A stretch of DNA of 64,000 nt from an uncultured beta proteobacterium. Its GTDB lineage: Bacteria; Pseudomonadota; Gammaproteobacteria; Burkholderiales; Casimicrobiaceae. Where the stretch lies: NCBI GenBank assembly GCA_963709525.1, contig CAVPXB010000021.1:54442-118441 (forward strand), written 5' to 3'. The position numbers and the translations under genes were made by a program. Positions 32,840 to 42,657 of this stretch are shown here, one piece after another (position 1 is the stretch's first letter; each line of letters begins with the position of its first letter). The notes beneath the pieces are model-generated. The model saw nothing but the letters and a program-made list of their open reading frames with translations. It made no database searches and was not told where the DNA came from.

Positions 32840-34056
32840 CGCGATTCTCCGCCGCGTTCGCGGGTACGCAAGGCTTCGCGCGAGCGCGCGCCGTCGATCG
32901 TCACCGTGGGTTCGGCCGCCGGGGGCGTCGACTGGCGTGCGGCCGGCAGATCCGCGGCCGGAGCCTGCGGGGCCGCCACCGCCGCGCTTTGCTGCATCAG
33001 CTTGTCGAGCGGCAGGTACAGCAGGCTGTTGCTGCCAGGCTTCTGGTCGACGAGCACCTTGCTCGCGTTGCCGACGACCGACTGCATCATGTCGAGATAC
33101 AGCCGCTCGCGGGTGACGCCTGGAGCCTTAGCGTACTCGACCAGGACCTGGCGGAAACGCGAGGCGTCGCCCTCGGCCTTTTGTACGACCTCGGCCTGGT
33201 AGCCGTTGGCTTCCTCGAGCAGGCGCGAGGCGTTGCCGCGCGCACGGGGCACGACGTCGTTGGCGTAGGCCTGGCCCTCGTTGCGGAAACGCTCGCGGTC
33301 CTGACCGGCTTTCACGGCATCGTCGAAAGCCGTTTGCACCTTGTCGGGCGGCTGCACGTTCTGCAGCGTCACCTTCTGCACGTAGATGCCGGTGCCGTAG
33401 CGGTCGAGCATCTCCTGCATCAGCTTCTCCGACGACTTGGCGATCTGCTCGCGTCCTTCGTACAGCGCAAAGTCCATCTTCGCCTTGCCGATGACCTCGC
33501 GCATCGCGGTCTCGGCGACGAAGGCGACGGTCTGGTCGGGTCGCCTGACATTGAAGAGGTACGCCTCGGCGCTCTTCAGGTTGTACTGGACCGCGAACTG
33601 GATATCGATGATGTTCTCGTCGTCCGTCAGCGACAGCGCTTCGCGCTCGACCTTGTTCTTTGGCGTGTTGCGGTAGCCGACCTCGATGGTTTTCACCTGC
33701 GAGAAATCGACCAGCTCGACACCTTCGACCGGGAACGGCAGATGCCAGCGCGGACCCGGCTGCGTCGTTTCGGTGTACTTGCCGAAGCGAGTGACGACGC
33801 CGCGCCGGCCTTCGTCGACGATGTAGAAACCGCTCGCGAGCCACACGCCGACGACCAGCGCGACCAGGATGCCGGCGCCGCCCATCGGCAGCCGGAACGG
33901 GCGGCCGGGCGGCCCGGGCGGCGGCGGGTTGTTGTCCGGGCCCGACTTGCGGCCGAATAGGTCGGAGAGCCGGCGGTTGACGTTGCGCCAGATCTCGTCG
34001 AGATCCGGCGGTCCGCCGTTACCGCGCTTCCCCCATTGAGGATCGTTGAGCGACAT
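32836..34056 (-). CDS. hflK: FtsH protease modulator HflK
   Basis: 'MSLNDPQWGKRGNGGPPDLDEIWR' N-terminus, Pro-rich linker, TM segment and SPFH domain. Confidence 0.9.
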   Translation of the reverse strand: MSLNDPQWGKRGNGGPPDLDEIWRNVNRRLSDLFGRKSGPDNNPPPPGPPGRPFRLPMGGAGILVALVVGVWLASGFYIVDEGRRGVVTRFGKYTETTQPGPRWHLPFPVEGVELVDFSQVKTIEVGYRNTPKNKVEREALSLTDDENIIDIQFAVQYNLKSAEAYLFNVRRPDQTVAFVAETAMREVIGKAKMDFALYEGREQIAKSSEKLMQEMLDRYGTGIYVQKVTLQNVQPPDKVQTAFDDAVKAGQDRERFRNEGQAYANDVVPRARGNASRLLEEANGYQAEVVQKAEGDASRFRQVLVEYAKAPGVTRERLYLDMMQSVVGNASKVLVDQKPGSNSLLYLPLDKLMQQSAAVAAPQAPAADLPAARQSTPPAAEPTVTIDGARSREALRTRERGGESR

Positions 34057-34106
34057 GTCAGTTCCGAGAAAGCGGAATCGGGACTGCCGGCAACTTCGGC
34101 ACGCGT

Positions 34107-35241
34107 TCAGGCATTGACGGCGGGAGTGTCGAAGGCGCTCGGCAGCGGGGTGTCGGCCGGAAAACGCTCCGCCAGCGCCGCGCGCAATTCTGCGCAGCCC
34201 TCGCCGGTCAAAGCGCTCAATCGGACGGCGCGGATTATACCAGACTCGTCGCGTTCGACCCCCGCAGCGAGGGCCGCGGCGTCGATCTTGTTCCGGACGC
34301 GCAATTGCGGCACTCGATCGGCGCCGATCTCGGCCAGCACCGCCTCGACGGCGGCGATTTGCTCGTCGCGGTTGGGGTGCGCAGCGTCGATGACGTGCAG
34401 CAGGAGATCGGCGTCGGCGGCCTCGGCGAGGGTGGCGCGGAAAGCGGCGACCAGATCATGCGGCAAGTCGCGGATGAAGCCGACGGTGTCGGAGAGCACG
34501 ATCGGATCGGCGCCGGCGACATGGAAACGGCGCAGCGTCGTGTCGAGCGTGGCGAACAGCTGGTCGGCGGCGTACGCCCGGGCCCGGGTCAGCCGGTTGA
34601 AGAGGGTCGACTTGCCGGCGTTGGTGTAGCCGACGAGGGCGACCGTGCGCACCGAGGCGCGCCGCCGGGTGCGGCTTTGCGTGGCGCGCTGCCGCGCGAC
34701 GTGCGCCAGCCGCTCGTTCAGCACGCGTCACACGGTTGCCGAGCAGCCGGCGGTCGGTCTCGAGCTGCGTTTCGCCGGGGCCGCGCATGCCGATGCCGCC
34801 CTTCTGCCGCTCGAGGTGCGTCCAGCCGCCCACCAGGCGCGTGAGCTGGTGCTTGACCTGCGCGAGTTCGACCTGGAGCTTGCCTTCGGCGCTGCGCGCC
34901 CGCAGTGCGAAGATGTCGAGGATCAGGCTGACCCGATCGACGACGCGGCACTGCAGCACCCGTTCGAGGTTGCGCTGCTGCGCGCCGGTGAGTTCGTGGT
35001 CGAAGATGACAAGATCGCCCTCCGCGGCTACGCGGCAGGCGCCGATCTCGTCGACCTTGCCCTTGCCGGCGAACAGCGCCGCATCGGGCCGCTTGCGCCT
35101 GCCGGTGACGTGCCCGACGACGGTGGCCCCGGCGGACAGCGCCAGCGCCTCGAGCTCGTCCATCCGCTGCGCGGCATCCCCCTGCCCGAAGTCGAGACCG
35201 ACGAGGACGGCCCGGTCGCCACCGGAAGGACGCTCAAACAT
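34107..35241 (-). CDS. hflX: GTPase HflX, one frameshift as assembled
   Basis: N-terminal domain ('ILDIFALRARSAEGKLQVELAQ..GPGETQLETDRRLLGNRV') lies in the frame of 35241. The G-domain ('LVGYTNAGKSTLFN..DTVGFIRDLPHDLV') lies in the frame of ORF 34107..34724. The junction is near 34721-34727. Confidence 0.85.
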
Positions 35242-35334
35242 GGGCGCGCAACGCAGCCACGAGAGACCGCGCGCCGCGAGTGCGACGGGGCAGCCTGAGG
35301 GCGGCGGTCGAAGAACCGCTGGCGGACGTACCGA

Positions 35335-35583
35335 TCAAACGTCGCTATCTTCGGTGGGCACGTGTTGCGGCATCACCACGGCGCGCGCCGGCACGACGGT
35401 GGAAATCGCGTGCTTGTAGACCATCTGGGTGACGGTGTTCTTGAGCAGGACGACGTATTGGTCGAACGACTCGATCTGGCCCTGCAGCTTGATGCCGTTG
35501 ACGAGGTAGATCGAGACCTGCACGTGCTCCTTGCGCAGGGTGTTCAGGAACGGGTCTTGTAGCATTTGCCCTTTGTTGCTCAT
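35335..35583 (-). CDS. hfq: RNA chaperone Hfq
   Basis: '[65 protein letters not shown]'. ATG at 35583. In the ORF track it appears only as the tail of a chimeric 592-aa ORF. Confidence 0.95.
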   Translation of the reverse strand: MSNKGQMLQDPFLNTLRKEHVQVSIYLVNGIKLQGQIESFDQYVVLLKNTVTQMVYKHAISTVVPARAVVMPQHVPTEDSDV

Positions 35584-35687
35584 CGCTTGCTCCGCGGTTG
35601 TTGTTGGCCGGGCCGTTGTCGAACGGACCGCCGCGCGGGCACTCTGGATCTCCCGCCAAGCCCCAAATGGGGGCGGAAGTGGGGAGA

Positions 35688-37068
35688 TCAACGGCCTTTG
35701 CGGCGAGCGGGAGAGTCCGCGTACGGGTTGGCGCCGGTCTTGAATTGTACCCGAAGGGGGGTCCCGCGCAGTTTGAACGCGTCGGTGAAGAAATGTTCCA
35801 GATACCGGCGGTAGGAATCGGGCACCGCCGACAGCGCGGTGCCATGGATGATGATCAGCGGCGGATTGTGGCCCCCCTGATGGGCGTAGCGCAGCTTGGG
35901 CCGGCCGCCGCCCGCCCGCGGAGGCTGCTGCTTTTCCACGGCGGCGATCAGCGCGCGGGTGAGCTTCGGCGTCGGCAGCCGCGCCATGGCCGCCGCATAG
36001 GCGGCATCGACCGAACGCATCAGCCCGGCGACACCGGTGCCCTTGCGGGCCGAGAGGTAATGGTGATGCGCGAACGAGAGAAAGGCGAGCTTGCGGTCCA
36101 CCTCGCGCTTGATTTCCTCGCGCCGGTCTGCCGGCAGGCCGTCCCATTTGTTGATGCCGATCGACCAGCGCCCGGCCCGACTCGAGGATGAAGCCTGCGA
36201 GATGCGCGTCCTGATCCGAGATCTGCTGCTGCGCATCGAGCAGCAGCACGACGACGTGGGCGTATTCGATCGCCTGCATGGTCTTGATGACCGAGAATTT
36301 CTCGATCGCCTCGAACACCTTGCCGCGGCGGCGCACGCCGGCGGTGTCGATCAGCGTGTACTGCCGCCCGCCGCGCTCGAAGTCGAGGTAGATCGAGTCG
36401 CGGGTGGTGCCCGGCTCGTCGAACGCGATCACGCGCTCCTCGCCGAGCAGCGTGTTGACCAGCGTCGATTTGCCGACGTTGGGACGGCCGATGATGGCCA
36501 CCTTGATCGGTCCGGCGGTCCGCTCTTCCCCCGGTTCGCCCGCGGCCTCGTCCGGCGCCGGCTCGGGCAGCATTTCAGGCGGCAGTCGCGCCAGCGCTTC
36601 TTCCATCAGCACGGCGACGTTGTCGCCATGGGCCGAGGAAATGGGGTGCGGTTCCCCGAGCCCGAGTTCGTAGAATTCGGCGGCTGCGCGCTCGGACTGC
36701 AGACCTTCCGCCTTGTTGGCCGCAAGCACGATGGGTCGCCCCGACCGGCGCAGGAGGTCGGCGATGGCCCGGTCCTGCTCGGTCAGTCCGCCGCGCGCAT
36801 CGACGAGGAACACGACGACGTCGGATTCGTCGATCGCCTGCCGTGTCTGTTTGGCCATCTCGTGCAGGATGCCGTCCTTGGCGACCGGCTCGAAGCCGCC
36901 GGTGTCGACGACCAGGAACGAGCGTTCGCCAACGCGTGCCCGCCCGTAATGCCGGTCACGGGTGAGGCCGGGAAAGTCGGCCACCAGTGCTGCCCGCGTC
37001 TTGGTGATGCGGTTGAACAGCGTCGACTTGCCGACATTGGGGCGGCCGACCAGGACAATCGTGGGCAT
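35688..37068 (-). CDS. der: ribosome-associated GTPase Der (EngA), one frameshift as assembled
   Basis: G-domain 1 and the start of G-domain 2 ('[16 protein letters not shown]', '[16 protein letters not shown]', '[11 protein letters not shown]') lie in the frame of 37068. The remainder ('GINKWDGL...KH-like C-terminal domain...') lies in ORF 35688..36236. The junction is near 36160-36163. Confidence 0.85.
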
Positions 37069-37132
37069 GCATGGGACCAAAATAGCTCCTGCGAGCACTT
37101 GTGACATGCGCAAATTCGTGCGCTCGATTCTC

Positions 37133-37152
37133 GACGCCGGTCACCCGGCGTC
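37133..37152. terminator. GC-rich hairpin between the prenyltransferase gene and der
   Basis: GACGCCGG-tcac-CCGGCGTC, an 8-bp stem. TTTCCTCC follows on the plus strand. Function and orientation are uncertain. Confidence 0.3.
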
Positions 37153-37292
37153 TTTCCTCCGTCGACAGGTCGAGCGTCCGGAAGTGTACGTGCTAATGAC
37201 GATACATGGCCGCCGGATCGTGGCGATTGACGCGGCACGGCCCCGGAATGGCTCTTCGCCCGCCCTGTCCGGGCGAGGCGATGGCCGTGTAC

Positions 37293-38234
37293 TCAGACCG
37301 TCCGCCACGCCGTCAGCGCGATGCCGAGCAACAGGGCGACAGTGTAGAGGATGAATATTTTCGAGATGCCCGCCATCTGCGCGGACTTGGTCGCGTGCGA
37401 GAACCCGCGACGGTGCATCGCCGACAGCTCGCGCCCTCCCGCGACCGCTGCGGCGGCCAGGGGGACGAGCGCTTCGATGGTGAGAACGCGCAGGGGGATC
37501 AGTGCCACCGCGAGCAGCAGCGTCAGCAGCAACTGCCCGTCGATCAACCGCTCGGCGCGATCGATGCCGACGACGCTGGCCAGCGTCCGCCGGCCGGCCC
37601 GACGGTCTCCCTCGATGTCGCAGGCGTTGTTGACCGACAGGATCGTGGCGATGAGCACGGTCGACGGCAGGCCCAGCCAGCCGTCGGCAGCCTCGAGCAC
37701 CGGATGCTGAACGTACGATGCGACGCCGATCAGCACCGAACCGAGCAGGCCACCGGCAAAGAGTTCGCCGATCGGCAGCCTTGCGATCGGCAAGGGACCG
37801 CCGCTGTAGAGCAGCGCGATCGCCATGCAGACGGCGCCCACCGCGATGACCTGCCAGCCGACCATTGCGCCGATCACGAGGCCGACGAGCGCAGCGCCGG
37901 CGAAAAGCGCCCACGACAGCCTGCGCGCGAAGGCGGGATCGATCCCTCGCTGGACCAGCGGTTTCCAGCGCTCGACGTCGGATTGCACCGTGTCCACCCC
38001 GTGTATGAAATCGTAGTAGCTGTTGAAACCGGTCGTGCCCATATCCAACAGCAGGGTCGCGAGCAGCATCAGCAGGAAGCGGCCGGCGGAGAAATCCCGC
38101 GCCAGGTGGGACGCGTAGGCGGTGCCGACCAGCAGCGAGGAAACGCTGACGATCTTGGTGCGGATGTCGACGAGCTGGAGGACATCCAGCCACGTCACCG
38201 GGGCGCAGGCGCGAGATGTCGAATGCTGGCTCAT
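37293..38234 (-). CDS. UbiA-superfamily prenyltransferase, MenA-like
   Basis: Multi-TM protein with two Asp-rich motifs, 'GFNSYYDFIHGVD' and 'NNACDIEGDRRAGRRTL'. These resemble the MenA motifs NxxxDxxxD and NNxRDxxxDxxxGxxTL. Confidence 0.72.
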   Translation of the reverse strand: MSQHSTSRACAPVTWLDVLQLVDIRTKIVSVSSLLVGTAYASHLARDFSAGRFLLMLLATLLLDMGTTGFNSYYDFIHGVDTVQSDVERWKPLVQRGIDPAFARRLSWALFAGAALVGLVIGAMVGWQVIAVGAVCMAIALLYSGGPLPIARLPIGELFAGGLLGSVLIGVASYVQHPVLEAADGWLGLPSTVLIATILSVNNACDIEGDRRAGRRTLASVVGIDRAERLIDGQLLLTLLLAVALIPLRVLTIEALVPLAAAAVAGGRELSAMHRRGFSHATKSAQMAGISKIFILYTVALLLGIALTAWRTV

Positions 38235-38301
38235 GGGGTCCGCAGCCGCGCTGTCGGATGACGCGCATCAAGCCCCTGCAGATCGCCCGATGGCCTGAAG
38301 G

Positions 38302-40593
38302 TCACGCAACCACTCCCGCCGGCGCCGGAGGGGAGGGCGAGTCCGGGAGCGCACCGTCCCAGCGCGCGACTTCAATCAACGCCGACAGCGCGCTCGGGCC
38401 CTGGGTGAGTTGCGAGCTGCCAATGTCCATGGTGAGCACGTTGGGGTTGCCCTGGCGGTCGAGACCGGAGGCGTCGGGATCGTACCAGGCGCCGGTGGCG
38501 ATGATGGCGACCCCCGGCATCACGGCGGCATCGATCTTCAATCCGGCAAGGCACGCGCCGCGGTCGTTGTAGGCGCGAACGATGTCGCCGTCGCTGAGAT
38601 TGCGTTTGGAGGCTTCCGCAGGGTGGAGCCGCAATCGCTCCCGGCCGTGCACCTTGTTGGCCTGGGACACGGGTCCGGGATCCATCTGGCTGTGAAGGCG
38701 ATCAGCGGGCTGCACCGTGACCAGGTGCAATGGATAGCGATCGCGCCGCGCATCGCCCAGCCATTCGCCAGGCGGCAGCCACTTCGGGTGGCCGGGGCAG
38801 TCCGCGTATGAAAACGACGCAATCGTCGGGGAGGTGATCTCGATCTTTCCTGACGGTGTCCGCAACGGGTTCGCATCCGGGTCGGCCCGGAACGATTCGA
38901 ACAGCACGAAGTCGCGCCCGGGAAGCGGAAGCTCGAGAAAACCGCTGCTCCTGAACGCGGCGTAGTCCGGAACGGCGAACCCGACGCGAGCGCAGGCGCT
39001 GGAGAAGCGACTCCAGATGTATCCCAGCCAGCCGTCCTCGTCACGCCCCTCCGTGTAGGCGGCGCCGCAACCCAGCCGATCGGCGATCTCCGCCAGAATC
39101 TGCTGATCGTTTCGGCTCCCGCCGACCGGGGCGATCGCCCTTTGCATGGCGAACACGTAGCGATCGCGCGATGAGCCGCCGATGTCGTCGCGCTCGAGTG
39201 TCGTGGTCGCCGGCAGCACGATGTCCGCGCGCCGCGCGGTCGCAGTCCACCAGCTTTCATGCACGATGACCGTTTCCGGCCTTGCCCATGCCCGCTGCAG
39301 ACGATTGAGATCCTGGTGGTGGTGGAACGGGTTGCCGCCGGCCCAGTATACAAGGCCGACATCGGGGTAGGTTTCGCGCCGCCCGTCGAAAGCGTAAGGT
39401 TCACCCGGACCGAGCAGCATGTCGGCGAAACGGGCGACGGGTACGGCACGCCGCGCCGGATTCGCGCCCATGGGCATGTCCGGGAAGGGCAGGTCGGCGC
39501 GGGGATTCCCGACCCCGTTCATCGAGCCGTGCCCGAACGCGAAGCCACCGCCCGGCAAGCCGATCTGTCCCATCATCGCCGCAAGGACGATCGCCATCCA
39601 GTAGGGCTGCTCGCCGTGGTGCGCGCGCTGCAGCGACCAGGCGAGCGTGAGCAGCGTTCGGCGGCCCGCGCTGCCGAGCGCCAGCGCTTCGATCACGCTG
39701 GCGTCGATGCCGCAGATCGCCGCTGCCCAGGCCGGCGTCTTCGCGATGCCATCATCGGTGCCCAGCAGATAGCGGGCAAAGGCCTCGAAACCGACGCAAT
39801 GGCGGGCAAGAAAGACGCGATCGTGCAGATCCCGCGCGACCAGCACGTGCGCAAGGGCGAGCATCAGCGCCGTATCGGTGTTGGGCCTTATCGGGATCCA
39901 CTGCGCTTCGAGGAACGGCGGGACATCATGGCGGTCCGGACTTACGATGACGAAGTCGATGCCCCGCCGTTGCGCGGCGCGCAGCCATTGCTCGAGCGTG
40001 TGTACGCCTGCGCCGCCGGAAGTGATCTGCCCGTTCCTGAGGGCGAAGCCACCGAAGGCGATCACGCGCTGCGTGTGGCCGATGACGCTCGCCCAATCGG
40101 TGACGCGCCCCGACACCGGATCGTGGGTGCCGATGACGTGCGGCAGCAGGAACTGGGCCGCGCCCCAGCTGTAGTTCCCGATCTGGTCGGTGCACCCGCC
40201 ACCGCTGTACAGGAAACGCCGCAACTGCGTGCGTGCGTGATGAAAGCGGCCCGCCGACGACCACCCGTAGGAGCCGCCGAATATTCCTTGCGCGCCGCGT
40301 TCGGAGCGCACCCGTGCCAGCTCGTCCGCGACCAAGGCGAGGGCGCGATCCCACTCCACCTCCACGAAGGAGTCGTCGCCGCGGCGGGTTCTGTCACGAT
40401 CCTTGAGCCATGAGCGGCGGACAGCAGGGCGGAGGATGCGGGTATTCGAATAGACCATCGCCGGCATCGATTCCAGCAGGCGGGAGGGTGCCGGGTCACG
40501 CGCGAACGGCTCCGCGCTGACGAAGCGGCCGTCCTCGACGATGGCCGTGTAAGCGCCCCAATGCGAAAGCTGGACAAAGCGGCGGGTCGACAT
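38302..40593 (-). CDS. molybdopterin-dependent S/N-oxide reductase family protein (BisC/TorZ-like, cytoplasmic type)
   Basis: Internal ATG 40593. N-terminus 'LSHWGAYTAIVEDGRFVS' parallels E. coli BisC 'AAHWGPMLVETDG'. 763 aa DMSO-reductase-family architecture. No N-terminal Cys cluster and no hydrophobic signal peptide. Confidence 0.82.
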   Translation of the reverse strand: MSTRRFVQLSHWGAYTAIVEDGRFVSAEPFARDPAPSRLLESMPAMVYSNTRILRPAVRRSWLKDRDRTRRGDDSFVEVEWDRALALVADELARVRSERGAQGIFGGSYGWSSAGRFHHARTQLRRFLYSGGGCTDQIGNYSWGAAQFLLPHVIGTHDPVSGRVTDWASVIGHTQRVIAFGGFALRNGQITSGGAGVHTLEQWLRAAQRRGIDFVIVSPDRHDVPPFLEAQWIPIRPNTDTALMLALAHVLVARDLHDRVFLARHCVGFEAFARYLLGTDDGIAKTPAWAAAICGIDASVIEALALGSAGRRTLLTLAWSLQRAHHGEQPYWMAIVLAAMMGQIGLPGGGFAFGHGSMNGVGNPRADLPFPDMPMGANPARRAVPVARFADMLLGPGEPYAFDGRRETYPDVGLVYWAGGNPFHHHQDLNRLQRAWARPETVIVHESWWTATARRADIVLPATTTLERDDIGGSSRDRYVFAMQRAIAPVGGSRNDQQILAEIADRLGCGAAYTEGRDEDGWLGYIWSRFSSACARVGFAVPDYAAFRSSGFLELPLPGRDFVLFESFRADPDANPLRTPSGKIEITSPTIASFSYADCPGHPKWLPPGEWLGDARRDRYPLHLVTVQPADRLHSQMDPGPVSQANKVHGRERLRLHPAEASKRNLSDGDIVRAYNDRGACLAGLKIDAAVMPGVAIIATGAWYDPDASGLDRQGNPNVLTMDIGSSQLTQGPSALSALIEVARWDGALPDSPSPPAPAGVVA

Positions 40594-40616
40594 GGCGGGC
40601 GCGGCTGCGCGACGCT

Positions 40617-41402
40617 CTACAGCGTGCCCGGACAGGATCCGCCATCGATCAGCAGATTCTGGGCCGTGATGAAGCCGGCGTGGTTCGAGCACAGAAACGC
40701 GCAGTACGCGCCAAACTCCTCCGCTCGCCCGTAGCGGCCGGTCGGGTTGCCCCGCGCGCGCTGTTCCCACAGCGCGTCAAAGCTCATGCCGGTCATTTCG
40801 AGCATGCCGTCGACATGAACGCGCTGCGCATCGGTGTCGAAGATGCCGGGGAGGAGGTTGTTGATGGTCACGTTATGGCGGGCGATCTGTCGGGCGAGCC
40901 CGCCGACAAATCCCACCAGGGCGGTGCGGGCGCCATTGGACAGCGGCAGTTCCGCATTCGGCGCCTTCACCGACCGGGAACTGACGTTGATGATGCGCCC
41001 GAACCCGCGCGCGATCATGCCGTCGACGACCTCCCTCATCATCAGTATGGGTCCGATGGCCATGGCATCGAGGGCTTTGATCCAATCGTCGCGGGAGCAA
41101 TCGCGGAAGTCGCCGGGAGGCGGGCCATCGGCGTTGTTGACGAGGATGTCCGGTTGTGGGCAGCGCGCAAGCGCCGCGCGCCGTCCTTCCGCCCGGGTGA
41201 TGTCGGCGGCCACCCAGTCCACCGCGGTCGCCGTCGCGACGGCGATCTCGGCCGCCGCGCGCGCGAGCACCTCCGGCGTGCGGGCGGCGATCGTCACCCG
41301 GACGCCTTCTCGCGCCAGGCACGTCGCCGCCGCGCGCCCGAGTCCGCGACTGCCGCCGAAGACGAGCGCCGACCGGTCCTTGAGCCCGAGATCCATGTGC
41401 AT
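40617..41402 (-). CDS. short-chain dehydrogenase/reductase (SDR)
   Basis: 'ALVFGGSRGLGRA' (TGxxxGxG-type NAD(P) motif), 'NNAD' and an SDR C-terminal fold. 23 nt upstream of the Mo-enzyme gene. Confidence 0.85.
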   Translation of the reverse strand: MHMDLGLKDRSALVFGGSRGLGRAAATCLAREGVRVTIAARTPEVLARAAAEIAVATATAVDWVAADITRAEGRRAALARCPQPDILVNNADGPPPGDFRDCSRDDWIKALDAMAIGPILMMREVVDGMIARGFGRIINVSSRSVKAPNAELPLSNGARTALVGFVGGLARQIARHNVTINNLLPGIFDTDAQRVHVDGMLEMTGMSFDALWEQRARGNPTGRYGRAEEFGAYCAFLCSNHAGFITAQNLLIDGGSCPGTL

Positions 41403-41547
41403 CGGGAATCCGCTTGATGCCGGCGCCCGCGACCACCGCGGACGCGGCGACGATGGTAACCGATATCGCAGCCCGTTCGCAGGCGCGTGGCGGCCGGCCG
41501 GACAACCCCTTATACCCGCCAGGCATGTGCTTCGAACCAGAACGTCC

Positions 41548-41576
41548 TTGACCTTGCCGCCCGGGGATTCTAGATT
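41548..41576 (+). promoter_or_regulatory. putative sigma70 promoter for the DapA-like/Bug pair
   Basis: TTGACC (41548-41553), 17-bp spacer, TAGATT (41571-41576), about 50 nt upstream of ATG 41627. Confidence 0.4.
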
Positions 41577-41626
41577 GCGTCTTTTCGGTTCGCTGCGGCT
41601 GGACGCACGGACCCCTGGAGCACGGC

Positions 41627-42568
41627 ATGCCCAAACTTCGCATCGAAGGATCGTTTGTCGCGAGCGTCACCCCATTCAACGCCGACGGTTCGATCGACTA
41701 TGGCGCGTTTCGCACGCTGATCGATTTCCAGCGCCAGCATGGCACGGCAGCGATGCTGTTCATGGGGTCGACGGGCGAGCCGACGCTGCTGACGCCCGAG
41801 GAAAAGAAGGACCTCATCGTCGAGACGGCGAAGCTCAGGACGGGCGCGATGAAGTTCTTCTATGGCTGCACCGGCAACACGCCGGCGCAGGTGATCGACA
41901 ACATTCGTTTTGCCGCCGCGAACGGCGCCGACGGCGCGATCATCGCGGCGCCGCCCTACATCTGCGGTTCGGAGAGCGACATCGAGGCGTTTTTCCTCGA
42001 AGTGGCGGACGCCACCAGCCTGCCGCTGGGCATCTACAACAACCCCCCCCGGGTGAAGACCGATCTGCACTGGGACAACCTGTTGCGGATCTTCAGGCAT
42101 CCGAACTACGTGATCCACAAGGAATCGACGACCAGGGTGGGGCAGGTCGCCCAGATCCTCGCCGCGCGGCCCGACGTCACCGTCATGTGTTGCGACTCGC
42201 CGAATCTGGGCCTGGTCGTGCCGACGATGTCGCTCGGCGGTCATGGGACCGCGAACATGGGCGGCAACGTGATGCCGGCCGAAATGGCGACGATCTCGAC
42301 GCCGTGGAAGGGCTATGCCGATGCGCAGAATTTCCGCGACACCTACCTGCGCGTGTTGCCGCTCTCGCATTTCAACTACTCGGCGATCAACCCCGTCGCG
42401 CTCAAGAGCCTGATGCGGGCGCTTGGTTTGCCGGTCGGGCCGTTGCGCAAGCCGTTGCGCAATCTCGAAGGCGAGGCGCTGGCGAAGGGTCTGCGCATCG
42501 TTCAGGAACTCGGCCTCGACCGGAAGTACGGTTACACGATCCAGCCCAGGCTCGCGCAGGCGGCCTGA
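41627..42568 (+). CDS. dihydrodipicolinate synthase/N-acetylneuraminate lyase family (class I aldolase) protein
   Basis: 'VASVTPFNADGSIDYGAFRTLIDFQRQHGTAAMLFMGSTGEPTLLTPEEKKDLI' is a typical DapA-family N-terminus. The rest is divergent, so probably not the housekeeping DapA. Confidence 0.75.
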   Translation: MPKLRIEGSFVASVTPFNADGSIDYGAFRTLIDFQRQHGTAAMLFMGSTGEPTLLTPEEKKDLIVETAKLRTGAMKFFYGCTGNTPAQVIDNIRFAAANGADGAIIAAPPYICGSESDIEAFFLEVADATSLPLGIYNNPPRVKTDLHWDNLLRIFRHPNYVIHKESTTRVGQVAQILAARPDVTVMCCDSPNLGLVVPTMSLGGHGTANMGGNVMPAEMATISTPWKGYADAQNFRDTYLRVLPLSHFNYSAINPVALKSLMRALGLPVGPLRKPLRNLEGEALAKGLRIVQELGLDRKYGYTIQPRLAQAA

Positions 42569-42657
42569 GGTGGATACCCGGCGGACGTGGCGCGGGTGCC
42601 CACATGAGGGCGCCACGCGTCGCGTCAGCTCAAATGCGTCCTGATGGAGCACACAAA

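Noticed and set aside
35335-37113. Apparent 592-aa fusion protein (Der N-terminus, unknown middle, Hfq C-terminus).
   Set aside because: The middle section is out-of-frame Der sequence. Hfq has its own ATG (35583) and spacer. The fusion is a by-product of the der frameshift, not a real gene fusion.
40560-40593. 'MSTRRFVQL' at the Mo-enzyme N-terminus resembles a twin-arginine (Tat) motif.
   Set aside because: No hydrophobic h-region or cleavage site follows. The sequence runs straight into 'LSHWGAYTAIVEDG', homologous to the very N-terminus of cytoplasmic BisC, so I treat it as cytoplasmic.
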